A stretch of 62,414 nt of DNA, filler included, from Basidiobolus meristosporus CBS 931.73 (GCA_002104905.1; 3 parts of 3 records of this genome joined end to end with filler, not necessarily neighbours in it); one strand, 5' to 3'. Positions 22,939 through 35,200 are shown, counted from the whole stretch's first letter. Made by a program: numbers and translations. The notes: generated from the sequence alone by a model not told the origin.

Positions 22939-22955
22939 TGGCACCCAATGTGGGG
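22939..22955 (+). promoter_or_regulatory. Primer-binding site, tRNA-Lys(CUU) type
   Basis: TGGCACCCAATGTGGGG equals the known Lys1,2 PBS TGGCGCCCAACGTGGGG with two CpG transitions. Confidence 0.75.
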
Positions 22956-23074
22956 GGTTCATACAAGCTCCCTAGGACCCAACAAGATTTACCTGAAGAT
23001 TTGAGCCGTTACCCATTTATTGAAACAAGACTACCAATATTATCAAGAGTACAACACCAACCTACCTACCCAAA

Positions 23075-26000
23075 ATGAACTCTATGCCGTTACCACTCTC
23101 ACATGGAGCCGCACAGTTTGATGGAAAGAATGTGGAGAGCTTCATATTCAAATGGGAGAAGCTCTGCAAGATGTGCAGCCTATCTGAACGAGAAATGGCT
23201 GAAGACTTCCCCTACTACTGCACTGATGATATTACTACCAAGCTTCTCAGACAAGGAGACATTCTGACTGACTGGACCTTAATGAAGACCTACCTACAGA
23301 CCAAGTATGGCAGACCCCAGATATACTATGGAATTGAAGACCTCAGACACTTCGGAAGGATGGGACTCTCCAAGCTACCACTTGAAGAGTTCATTCAACA
23401 ATATGAAGATATGGCCAAGCCACTCCTAGAGTCCCAGGTGATAACTGAGTTTACCATGACACTTTACCTTGCACAAGGGCTTCCCCAGGAATTGGCAAGG
23501 AAAGTTGACCTACATGCAGCCAAGGATGACAAGTCTAGCATTCCTTGCTTTGCAGAGATGAAATGTGTACTCCTAGAGGCAAAGCAAACTTCTACCTTTA
23601 TGAGACTCCTGACATCTAATCTGCCAGACCAGCCAACCAAGGAGCTAAAGAGTGCTGTTGCTGACAATCAGACCTACACTACCAACAGAATTGACCAACT
23701 TGCTGAACAGCTACAAAAGCTAGCCCTCAAGATTAACGGCTCAGCTGAGGTAGCTACTGAGGACCAAAGAGCTTTGCTTAGACACTGCATTTGGTGTGAC
23801 TCTACTCAGCATGCCTGACAAGAATGCTCAGAGCTTAGCCAGCTACTTAGAGAAGGAACAGTACAGTTTGATGCTGATGGAATGCTTGCTGATAAGGAAG
23901 GAAAAAGGATTCCCACTAATTTCCAAAGAGGCAGAATGAGAGCCCTTTTCCAGAAGTCTGACTCAGCAACTAGAAAGATTACTGTTGATGCCCCTATTGA
24001 GACTCATACAGTGAGTCCAAACAGCCCTGACAACAGAAAATACAAAGTAGACACCTTTGCTACTAAGAGACACCTTCCTGAAGAACCTGTCAAACCCATC
24101 CTTAGAAGACCACAATTTCAAGAGCCTGAGGTTATTATTGACAAGAGGCCTGGAACACTGCCCACCCAAGACCCATTACCTCACTTTCAGATTACCTCAA
24201 AGATAGCAGGCTACTCAAGCCCCCAATTGATTACTGAGAAACTGCTGAAGCAGAACCTCACTTTGTCAGTTGGAGAAATCATGAGTGTATCACCGTCTGT
24301 TAGGAAGACCTTTGATGAGCAGCTTAGAACAAGAAGACAGGCTGTTGAACATATGGACACCCATATAATCCAGACAAACCATGAAGACCACAAAAAGAAT
24401 GACAACGCTACCAAATATAAGACCTTTTACTCAGTTGCAACTGCTGTGGTGAAAGGGTATATATATGATGACCCTGTTGACTGCCATATTGAGAGTGGCT
24501 TGGAGATTTGTGTTATGCTGCTAGACTTCTGGAAGACACTTAGAAGCAAGGAGCTACTGCCTGTTGATAGAGATATTGGATGGAACATGACTGATGCAAA
24601 CTCAGGATCTAGCCCACTCTATGGTGTAGTGCACAAGTTCCCTATTGAGGTACAAGGAATCAAGGTCTGGCTTCCCCTCTTTATCTGCCAGAAGGCAAAC
24701 TTTGACCTTCTGTTAGGCAGACCATGGGAGACCAGTACTAAGGCTACAACTACCAACTATTCTGATGGGTCAGTGTGGTACACTATACAAGGATCCAACC
24801 CAGGACTATAGTCAACATTCTGTGGGGTAACACCCAACAATAAGAGGACACATACCGCTTGCCAGAAGACACATCTTGTTATAGAAGAAGATGAGGAGCC
24901 TGACAGTATACACCCCAACAGTTGGAGCTACTCATTAGGTATACAGGAGCAGACAGCTATGGTTTGCACAAAATACAAGACAGTGAAACAGAAGATTAGA
25001 CCATCACTTACACCTTTAACTGATGGATCTCAACCTGCTGATTACATCAGACCACCAGAAGGAACACCAGAAGATGTACAACTTACACCTGAGAGACTTG
25101 AGCAACTTATCATTGGTGATGGAAACCTAACACCGGAGGAGATCTTACTATTTGAAGAAACCCTGAAAAGGCATGATAAGGTTTTCTCATATATTGACAA
25201 GGAGATGGGACTCTTAAAGACATTGGTTGAAAACCCTATCAAGATTCATACAGTGCCCCACACACCCTGGTCATTTAAGCCTTACCCACTGCCTAGAGGA
25301 CTCCAAGCTGATGTGCATGACCTACTTAAGAAGAAGATTGAAGCTGGTATCCTAGAACCTTGCCATGGACCTTATGCTAACAGATGGATTGTGACCAAAA
25401 AAAAGAATGGGAAGCTCCGATTCATTCAAGACATGCAACCTGCAAATGCTGTCACTATCAGAGATGCCGCAATACCTCCGTCTATTGATGACTTTGCAGA
25501 AAGCTTTAGTGGTCACTCCATCTACTCAACATATGATCTCTACTCAGGATATGACCAGATCCCCCTAGATGAGACATCAAGAGATATGTTTGCACTCCAG
25601 ACACCATTTGGACTGTTAAGAATAACAAGACTTAGCCAAGGGGCAACAAACTCCGTGGCTCAGCTCCAGAGGTGCATGGTAAATGTGCTCTACCAGTTTA
25701 TACCTGAGAAAATTGCTGTCTTTGTTGATGACATAGGCATCAAAGGACCAATACTCTGGGACACAACTGAAGTTATGCCTGGAGTAAGAAAGTTTGTCTA
25801 TGACCATATTTCAGACAATGATGCCATATTAGGAGCCATTGAAAAAGCTGGACTCACCATCAGTGGGGAGAAAAGCAGCTTTGGTGTATCAGAGATATCC
25901 ATTGTTGGACAAAAATGCAACACCTTTGGTCGTTCACCTGGAGACTTCAAGACACAAAAAATATGCAACTGGCCTACCCCCACAAATCTAACACAAGCTT

Positions 26001-27928
26001 GTGGCTTTGTGGCAGCTTGTGGGTTCTTTAGGATCTGGATCCCAAGATTTTCTGAGATAGTAGAACCAATCAACCAAATACAGAGAAAGAATGCCCCATT
26101 TAACTGGGGAGAAGAGCAAGAAGAAGCCATGCAATTACCAAAAGAGGCCTTAGTATCTCCACCAGTTCTGAGACCTCTTGACTATCAGAGCCCTGAATGC
26201 CCACCTATCTTGACAGTGGATGCAAGCCCTATAGGAGCTGGAGCACTACTTGGCCAAGATGATGAAGATGGCAACCGCTATGCCTGCAGATATGAGAGCT
26301 GCCTCTTCTCTCCTAGAGAACAAAGATACTCACAGATTAAGAGAGAGCTACTAGGAGTTGTGAAGATGCTGAGAAAGCTGAAGTCACAACTCTACATGAC
26401 ACATTTCATCCTGGAGACAGATGCTAAGCCACTTATAGGAATGATCAACAAGCCTGACCTACCTGATGATGCCACAAATTGGTGGATGGCATGGCTGAAA
26501 ATGTTTGACTTTGAGGTCAGACATATCCCTGGCAAGACAAATGTTGTGGCCAATGCACTCTCCAGGAAGGGACCACAGTTGTCTGAAGATATGGACCTTG
26601 ACTTTGATGACATAATTGATGCAGAAATCCGACAACTACATGTGAAGAAGCCCAGCAACTCTACATGGAACACCATTCACGACTATCTGAGAACCTTAGA
26701 GAAGCCACCATGAATGAGCTCACATGATTTCAGAAAGCTCAGGAAGAAGACCCATCATTTCTACATAAAGGATGGCCTCCTCTTCAAACAAGTAAAGCCT
26801 GGACAGACACCAAGGAGAGTTATATTTGAGCCCCAGGAGCAACTGACTATTATGTCAAGCCTTCATGAAGGAAGACCTGGTGGTCATAGAGGCAGAGATG
26901 CCACTTACAATGTTGTTTCCAGTAGGTACTACTGGGAGCATATTTATCATGATGTCCAACACTTTGTTGAATCTTGTGACATTTGCCAAAGAAGGTCAAC
27001 CAAGAGATATGAGGAGCCGCTCCATCCAACCTACACACCTTGTCTATGGCAGAAGGTTGGCATTGACCTGGTCCACATGCCAACTGCTGGAACCAAGAAG
27101 TACCTTGTTGTTGCCAGAGATGATCTGAGTGGGTGGGTAGAAGCTCAAGCCCTATCCAATAACAAAAGCCACACCATATGGAGATTTATTCTTGAAGATA
27201 TAATATGCAGATTTGGCTGCATCAGCCAGTTTGTTACTGACCAAGGAGAAATGATTTCAAATTTAATCCAGGAACTCTGCTCACAATACAAGATTCATAT
27301 TGCTTTCACCACTGCGTATCACCCACAGGCCAATGGAATGGTTGAAAGGGGCCATGGCCCCTTAGTTAACTCCCTAGTCAAGAGCTGCAACAACATGACA
27401 CTACAGTGGCCTAGACAACTTCATCTAGCACTCTGGGCAGATAGAATCACTACAAAACGCAGCACAGGCCTATCTCCATTCAAATTGCTTTATGGACATG
27501 ATTGCGTTCTTCCCATAGAGCTTGACTCAATATCCTGGAACATGCTAGAGTGGAGGACTACAATGAGTACAGAAGAACTACTGACTACACGTATCAAACA
27601 GCTTGATCACCATGAACTTGATATTACCCAAGCAGCTGCTAAACTCAAAGAGACAAGACTTCAGAACAAGGAACCATTTGACAAGTCACATAGCCTTAGA
27701 CCTAACCCATTACTGCAAGGAGATCCAGTACTGCTCTATGATTCCACTTTAGGCAAGCAGTGGAGTTGCAAATTTGACAATAAGTGGTCTGGCCCATATA
27801 TTATCTCTAAGGTGATTGGAAATGGAAGCTACTACCTGTCTGAACTTGATGAAGCACCTCTAAGAGCACCTGTGGCAGGAAACAGACTTAAGCTATTCAA
27901 GCACCGGAATTTTGCACATCACATTTAG
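23075..27928 (+). pseudogene. Gypsy gag-pol in a single frame, broken by three in-frame stops
   Basis: Gag with CIWCDSTQHA*QEC knuckle; degenerate protease HIESGLEI; RT AVFVDDIG; RNase H ILTVDAS/YSQIKRELL/LETDAKPL; integrase H-H-C-C finger, GIDLVHM, TDQGE, NGMVERGH. Stops at 23816, 24809 and 26711. Confidence 0.93.
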
Positions 27929-29270
27929 TTTGCTTTGACCTGAGTTCAAAGCTGAGAGGGGTGGATGTAGTGGGGTCACAGTGACACCCACAGGCAGATG
28001 TGCTCATTCTTATGCGTTCACTTCCCTAAAAAGGATTACCCCGCCTATATTATTATCATCCCAAATTTGCAATATTTCCTATTTTTGTCTATGTGATTAT
28101 TACTATGCAACCTGACAAACTATTTGTCACTATTAGCTTTATCCCCCATCACATTAGATTAGACAAAAGACCCAGTATTCCTAGCAAGCATTTGCCAGAG
28201 GTTATTGTACCCAGTGAACACCCCACACACATCCACACTTGAGAAGTGTTAGCCGTATTTTACCCTTTGGACTTATACACCACCACAGCGGTCTGTATTC
28301 TTCCTCCTGAGGCTCACCATCTGATTCCTCAAGGTATTCACTTACCCTCTGTCTGATACTTTGGAGCTGTTGCCTGGATGAGTCCTGTGTATATTGCTCT
28401 TGGAAGCCACTTAGCTCTACTAATATATCACGTAGTACATTAGTCATTTAAGGCAAAAACTCATTCAAAATCTCTTTGGTTTGCAAAGTTGAGGCACAAA
28501 TGGACACGTCCGGCCTGTACTGTGCAAATTGCGCGCAAAATTGTTCCCACGCGGCTTCTTTGTCAAATCCCCTCACTCTCAGCTCATTCTTGATTTCAAT
28601 ACTTGTCTTGTTATATATCTTTTTACATACATTGGCTGGCATCTTGATGTAGAACTCATGCCACAGCTTTCTACTCAAATTCTTCCATCTTTGTCAACTC
28701 TCTGAGGTATCTTGTTCTGCTAGATTAATCAGTAGTGCCCAAATATCTGTATGAAGGCTCTTCATAGACACTTGGGCCATACTAAAATCATTTGGCAAGA
28801 ACTCAAACGGATCCAACATTGACTTTTCCGGTCCGGACCGCGCTTGTGAGCTGGGGGATGGGTTTTGTCTGGGTTGTACTAAAGATGAGTTGAGGCTTGG
28901 TATGGGGACCATAGCAATGGATTTGGATACTTATACAGCAGTATATTGGCATCAACCTGGTCTTATATGAAATATATATGAAAACTAATGTGATTGTTGA
29001 ATTTTTCATATATTATGCATGATGCATCTCATATCACATTGACATGGATCAGATCACATCAATTGCAGATTTCCTATTTGATTATAGACCTATGATTAAA
29101 GCATCAATAAAAGTACCAAGGCATTGTTTGCGGATGATTATTGCAACATAATGATGGGATACATGGCAATTGATGGAGATTTAACCATAATGTATTAAAA
29201 TCAGATAAATAACGCAGATTGCGCTGAATCAATTCAAACCACCTCCATACAATCATCCACCAATTTTAAT

Positions 29271-30155
29271 ATGACTTACTCATCTGAATGGTCTTTTCTC
29301 ATCAATCCCATCACTACCACTGGATTTCCTTTTGACACACTACAGGGGATCTATTCCAAGTACAGTGGACCATCAACCCCAATCTACTCAAGGAGATCCC
29401 TTGTTAAGCTTCTCTGCTATTACAAGAACTATTGCCCCACAAGGTTTCATCCCACCATCCATGGCAACAAAAGCCCTAGAAGCTTTCATTCCCAGCTGAC
29501 AGCAATGGAGAACCACCTTGCAGAGGGTATGAATGACTTAGAGCAAGCTTGGAATAATAGGTTCAGAAGCTCCAATAGACTTCCATATCCCAGAGTGTTC
29601 AGCAACAGGTTCCATGTCAGGAGTATTTTGGATACCTTCCCAGTGAGGATTAACAGACCTTCTAGAGGGCAGAGGCACTTTTATTCTGGCAAGTACAAGG
29701 CACACTGTGTGAAGTTTCAAGCACTGTCTGACATTGAGGGCAACATCATCTGGTTTAGTGGGCCATTTGCTGGAAGTAGGCATGACAAAGCACTCTGGGT
29801 AGAGAATCATCCTGAATTCAGTAGAGGGGAGAAATGTATGGCAGACTTAGCCTATATAGGAGAGGATTGTCAGAGATTGGGATGTATTACAGCTTATAGG
29901 AAGCCAAGGAATGGTGTGCTTAGCAGGAAGCAGAAGCTCTACAATGAGATATTTAATCATTTCAGAGTAAGGGTAGAGCACACTTTTGGATATCTGAAGA
30001 GATTCAGCATATTGGCAGGTAAATACAGAGGAAAGTCATATATAGGAGAAAACAGCAGAATAGGTAAAATAGTTAAGATACTTATTAATGCACAGTATGT
30101 TCATACAAGAAGACATCCACTGAGAGAAATATGTCTGGAACATTATGAAGAGTAA
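29271..30155 (+). CDS. Harbinger/IS5-like DDE transposase (DDE_Tnp_4 type), intact 294-aa ORF
   Basis: ILDTFPVRINRP, YSGKYKAHCVKFQ, SGPFAGSRHD, MADLAYIG and YNEIFNHFRVRVEHTFGYLKRF are the characteristic motifs. Confidence 0.9.
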   Translation: MTYSSEWSFLINPITTTGFPFDTLQGIYSKYSGPSTPIYSRRSLVKLLCYYKNYCPTRFHPTIHGNKSPRSFHSQLTAMENHLAEGMNDLEQAWNNRFRSSNRLPYPRVFSNRFHVRSILDTFPVRINRPSRGQRHFYSGKYKAHCVKFQALSDIEGNIIWFSGPFAGSRHDKALWVENHPEFSRGEKCMADLAYIGEDCQRLGCITAYRKPRNGVLSRKQKLYNEIFNHFRVRVEHTFGYLKRFSILAGKYRGKSYIGENSRIGKIVKILINAQYVHTRRHPLREICLEHYEE

Positions 30156-31189
30156 ATAAAGCAAGGAAATCACTATTGTGAGCAACATAAGTAAGATTGA
30201 GTAAATTTACCAGTAACTGTATCATACCACTGGCATCATGGTTGAAATTATAGTGCCAGATAATGCCATAGAGTGCCAGATCAATCTGGCACCATAAACA
30301 GGCTGGCACTATGTGGCACTATCCAACAGAACAAGTCTTTAATGTTAATGGCAAGTTGTTAATCTGATGCTTGAGAGCAAAAATTGCAAAGAATGCCTGA
30401 GAAGTATTAGAAGATGCCTACCAATCATGTTCAGCTGCTAAGAAATAGACTTGTTCCATTGTACCGTGCCAGGGCATGCGGCGCAATCCGCAGTTGTAAA
30501 GAACAATCGGGCGCAATATTATAGCTACCAGAAGGAAGGATCGTTCTTGGACAATTTTGCACTATGCGGGACAATCTCGCACACTATGGCACAATCTGAC
30601 ACGATGAGGTTGGAACGGATGATTGCGCCAACTTGTAATGTTTGCATCACGTGCGCGATTGGATACCGCTATTATGGCAGGTAAAATCCGGTATTTGGAT
30701 ATGTTTCTTTAATGCAAATGGAAATAAATGTGTATCACACTATAAACTGCACTAATACTTACCATTTTGGTTACCCTCACTCCAATTGGACGGTATCTCA
30801 GTGGTTAATTTGTCCAAAAGTATCCTGAAGCTGGCAGCCCCCAATTGGCTCATTGACTACTAAAAAAGCTACCTGATTTGCCATCAAATATCCCATTTTG
30901 TTCAATGAGCAAGTAAATCCCTGATCCTAGTGATTGGACAAGGTGTCATAGCCAGCACGCAAGCGATCGTGTAGGTGCAAAACAGATCCAATAGCTGCAC
31001 TGGTATTACAGATGACGTATATATATGCAGGGTGTTTATTTATAGGGGTTCTGTCTAAAATGTGAGACGACCTTGATATTACTTATATCAAAAATTTGAT
31101 GATCACTGATTTGCAACGGCTTGATTCTGATCGCAAAAAAAAAGGGTTGTCGGGATCATTACAAATGTGAGCGATTCAAAGCAATCGCA

Positions 31190-32437
31190 TCATCTTCTCC
31201 TGGGTTTTTTTCTCACAGGGATTACTACTGAAGCATTTGGTAGTGACTCACTTTGCACACCTATACTACTTCCTGGCTGACTATCATCTTGGCTACTTGT
31301 GTATTTGTAGTCAGTATTTTGCCTCCTAGTTGATGAGTGCAATGCTACAGCTTGGCCGCGCTGAATTGCACCGACTGAACCAACTGAACCGGCCTGTAGT
31401 GCCACGCGCTGACGCGTTCTTTTACTTGCCAAGGGCTCCGGTGGTTGAAGCACTTCATGTTGGTCATCATCAGTCAGTTCACCAGAAGTAACTTGCTGAT
31501 GGTCAGGCAAAACGGCACGCGCAGGCGAGCCTTGACACGTTGAGATGGCCCTTGGCTGAGTTCAATGTGATGCTGCAAGTTGACGCAACTTGGTCCGCTC
31601 CAATGGACTTGTGTCTAAATGAGCAGTTTGGCGAGTTCTCGTAGTTTTGCTCTGAAGCGCGCGCGTTGACCTGACGCGCGTTGACTCAAGGTGGGGCGTT
31701 CCAGTAAAGGGTGTTGGCGTACTCTGGACTGACGTGCGCTGGCGTGCTGTGGTTGCAAGAGATGGTAGGGAATCCAGCAAGGCGTGCTGGCGCAATCTGG
31801 ATGATGTTGCTTGCGGTCTGTATTCTTCCTCCTGAAGCTCACCATCTGATTCCTCAAGGTATTCACTTACCCTCTGTCTGATACTTTGGAGCTGTTGCCT
31901 GGATGAGTCCTGTGTATATTGCTCTTGGAAGCCACTTAGCTCTACTAATATATCACGTAGTACATTAGTCATTTGAGGCAAAAACTCATTCAAAATCTCT
32001 TTGGTTCCCAAAGTTGAGGCACGAACGGACGCGTCCGGCCCGTACTGTGCAAATCGCACCCAAAATTGCTCCCGCGCGGCTTCTTTGTCAAATCCCCTCA
32101 CTCTCAGCTCATTCTTGATTTCAATACTTGTCTTGTTATATATCTTTTTACATACATTGGCTGGCATCTTGATGGAGAACTCATGCCACAGCTTTCTACT
32201 CAAATTCTTCCATCTTTGTCAACTCTCTGAGGTATCTAGTTCTGCTAGAATAATCAGTAGTGCCCAAATATCTGTATGAAGGCTCATCATAGACACTTGG
32301 GCCATACTAAAATCATTTGGCAAGAATTCGAACGGATCCGACATTGACTTTTCCGGTCCGGACCACGCTTGTGAGCTGGGGGATGGGTTTTGTCTGGGTT
32401 GTACTAAAGATGAGTTGAGGCTTGGTATGGGGACCAT
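31190..32437 (-). pseudogene. Harbinger ORF2 (Myb/SANT-like), copy 2; one frame of ~415 codons with two TGA stops
   Basis: ORFs 32219-32437, 31562-32203 and 31190-31510 share one frame; TGA at 32219-32221 and 31562-31564; basic C-terminus RKKPRRR (NLS-like). Confidence 0.65.
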
Positions 32438-32796
32438 AGCAATGGATTTGGATACTTATACAGCAGTATATTGACATCAACCTGGTCTTATATGAAATAT
32501 ATATGAAAACTAATGTGATTGTTGAAATCTCCATATATTATGCATGATGCATCTTGGATCGCGTTGACACGGATCAGATTACATCAATCGCAGATTTCCT
32601 ATTTGATTATAGACCTATGATTAAAGCATCAATAAAGGTATCAAGGCATTGTTTGCGGATGATTTTTGCGACATAATGATGGGATACGTGGCAATTGATG
32701 GAGATTTAACCATAATGTATTAAAAATCAGATAAATAAGGCGGATCGTGCCAAATCAATTCAAACCGCCTTTATACGATCATCCACCAGTTTTAAT

Positions 32797-33680
32797 ATGA
32801 CTTACTCATCTGAATGGTCTTTTCTCATCAATCCCATCACTACCACTGGATTTCCTTTTGACACACTAGAGGAGATCTATTCCAAGTACTGTGGACCATC
32901 AACCCCTATCTACTCAAGGAGATCCCTTGTCAAGCTTCTCTGCTATTACAAGAACTATTGCCCCACAAGGTTTCATCCCACCATCCATGGCAACAAAAGT
33001 CCTAGAAGCTTTCATTCCCAGCTGACAGCAATGGAGAACCACCTTGCAGATGGTATGAATGACTTAGAGCAAGCTTGGAATACTAGGTTCAGAAGCTCCA
33101 ATAGACTTCCATATCCCAGAGTGTTCAGCAACAGGTTCCATGTCAGGAGTATTTTGGATACCTTCCCAGTGAGGATTAACAGACCTTCTAGAGGGCAGAG
33201 GCACTTTTATTCTGGCAAGTACAAGGCACACTGTGTGAAGTTTCAAGTACTGTCTGACATTGAGGGTAACATCATCTGGTTTAGTGGGCCATTTGCTGGA
33301 AGTATGCATGACAAAGCACTCTGGGTAGAGAATCATGCTGAATTCAGTAGAGGGGAGAAATGTATGCAAACTTAGCTTATATAGGAGAGGATTGTCAGAG
33401 ATTAGGATGTATTACAGCTTATAGGAAGCCAAGGAATGGTGTACTTAGCAGGAAGCAAAAGCTCTACAATGAGATATTTAATCATTTCAGAGTAAGGGTA
33501 GAGCACACATTTGGATATCTGAAGAGATTCAGCATATTGGCAGGTAAATACAGAGGAAAGTCATATATAGGAGAAAACAGCAGAACAGGTAAAATAGTTA
33601 AGATACTTATTAATGCACAGTATGTTCATACAAGAAGACAACCACTGAGAGAAATGTGTCTGGAGCATTATGAAGAGTAA
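32797..33680 (+). pseudogene. Harbinger transposase, copy 2, with a 1-bp frameshift
   Basis: TGTATGCAAACTTAGC versus copy-1 TGTATGGCAGACTTAGC at ~33365, hitting the ADLAY motif. Confidence 0.9.
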
Positions 33681-34124
33681 ATAAAGCAAGGAAAGCACTA
33701 TTCTGAGCAACATAAGTAAGATTGAGTAAAATTACCAGTAGCTGTATCATACCACAGGCATCATGGTAGAAATTATAGTGCCAGATAGTGCCGTAGAGTG
33801 CCAGATCAATCCGGCACCATAAACAGGCTGGCACTATGTGGCACTATCCATCGGAACAAGTCTAATGTATCATACACAAATATTCCTACAACAAAGATGC
33901 TGCTAATTTTTGTCTCTGACATTGTTGCATATTCAGCTGAAGGCACTTGGTTTTTTATTCTGGAATTTTAGATCTTCTCACCCACATTTTTTGAAGGGCA
34001 TTCTTCTCCCATGAAAAGGATCTTAAAGGCCTCTTTCTTGTGGAGCATCTTCATCCCCACCTTCCACACTTGGTAGCAGGATCAATCAAACTTTTCAGCA
34101 GAGGGAAAATTTCAGTAATAGCGG

Positions 34125-35196
34125 TGTGGTGATGTATAGGTCCAAGGGAGAGATACGTCCAACACTTCTCAAGTCTTTTGTGTGTGGGGTGTTCACTGGG
34201 TGCAATAACCTCTGGCAAAAGCTTGCTAGGAGCACTTGGGTTCTGTCTCTAATCTAATGTGAAGGGGAATACAGCCACAAGCTTGTCAAGGGAAAACTAT
34301 TGGGCTACAATCCCCAACTTAGTTGGCGTCTTAACAAAAGTATGTGCTGGGTTCAGCATCCTTTGAGATGACAATGTACTAAAGCTTCCAAAGTCAAAAC
34401 AATTGTAAACTCCACCAGCAGGGACTTGATAAGAATGCAGCTTTGGTCAATAGTTACAAAGACAGAAAAGTATCTTTGCCTGTACAAGAACAAACTTGGG
34501 AAAGAATCAAATATAATAAGAGATATCTACTCTGAGTATTCCTCACAAGTAGTGCCTCCAAGGTCAGTTGGCTGTCAGCACGGTTTCCTGGGAGTGTCCT
34601 GTGGTCTGGGGGTGAAAGTTCATGTAGCAGCAGGTAGCAGTGATCACACTAATCAACAAGTTGGTATATTGATAAAAGGGATGATGATTTATTGTAGAGG
34701 GATAGCCTCCCTTATATACTTTTCTCACTGGCTAAGTGATTACTAATCATGGTGTTCCAGAAGGTTCCAGATATCAATAGAAATCTCAATGACATCAGAA
34801 TGACCTAAGAATGTTCTAAGTAGGTACCAGAAGGTTCTAAGAGGCATAGCACATCCAACCAATCATGAATCAGTATTCTGAAACCTGTGTAACATGGGGA
34901 TACCATATATGGTATGGAAATGGTAGGGATGGTGACATGGGTTGATCATGTGTCACAGGTACTGGCGCGGGTACTTGCCTAATATAGAAGTACTTATAGC
35001 TAGTAATCTTACATAAAGTGAGGGGTAACTTATGCAATAAGGTAAGCAGGTGTGATAGTCAACCCAGCTTATGGGATAGTACTAATTGGGTAACACAAAT
35101 GGGATAAAACTAAAATAAGTGTAGTAGAGATATAGGGAAGTAGAAAATAAGGGAATGAGCACAGCTGTCAGTGGGTGTCACTGTCACCCCACTACA
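34125..35196 (-). mobile_element. Gypsy solo LTR (~1.07 kb), same family as 21855-22934
   Basis: Colinear reverse complement of the full-length 5' LTR; GCGG on both sides (34121-34124, 35197-35200). Confidence 0.9.
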
Positions 35197-35200
35197 GCGG

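Larger units (their letters stand above)
21855..28287 (+). mobile_element. Full-length Ty3/Gypsy LTR retrotransposon without chromodomain
   Basis: 5' LTR 21855-22934 and 3' LTR 27966-28287 (TGTAGT...ACCACA); PBS 22939-22955; PPT GAGAGGGGTGGA before 27966; 4-bp TSD GTGG/GCGG; domain order PR-RT-RH-IN. Confidence 0.95.
21228..28912 (-). pseudogene. Harbinger ORF2 (Myb/SANT-MADF-like accessory protein), copy 1, split by the Gypsy into 28288-28912 and 21228-21854
   Basis: Homologous to 31190-32437. DIWALL...QRWKNLSRK resembles the W...RWKNL helices of trihelix/MADF domains. In-frame stops. Confidence 0.6.
20486..30338 (+). mobile_element. PIF/Harbinger DNA transposon, copy 1 (carries a nested Gypsy)
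   Basis: TIRs AGACTGGTTCC...GAACAAGTCT; 3-bp TSD TTA (20483-20485, 30339-30341) that restores the host Copia gag; colinear with copy 2 at 30447-33863. Confidence 0.92.
30447..33863 (+). mobile_element. PIF/Harbinger DNA transposon, copy 2 (3417 bp)
   Basis: Perfect 11-bp TIR AGACTTGTTCC...GGAACAAGTCT; TSD AAT (30444-30446, 33864-33866); subterminal GTGCC/GGCAC repeats at the right end. Confidence 0.93.
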
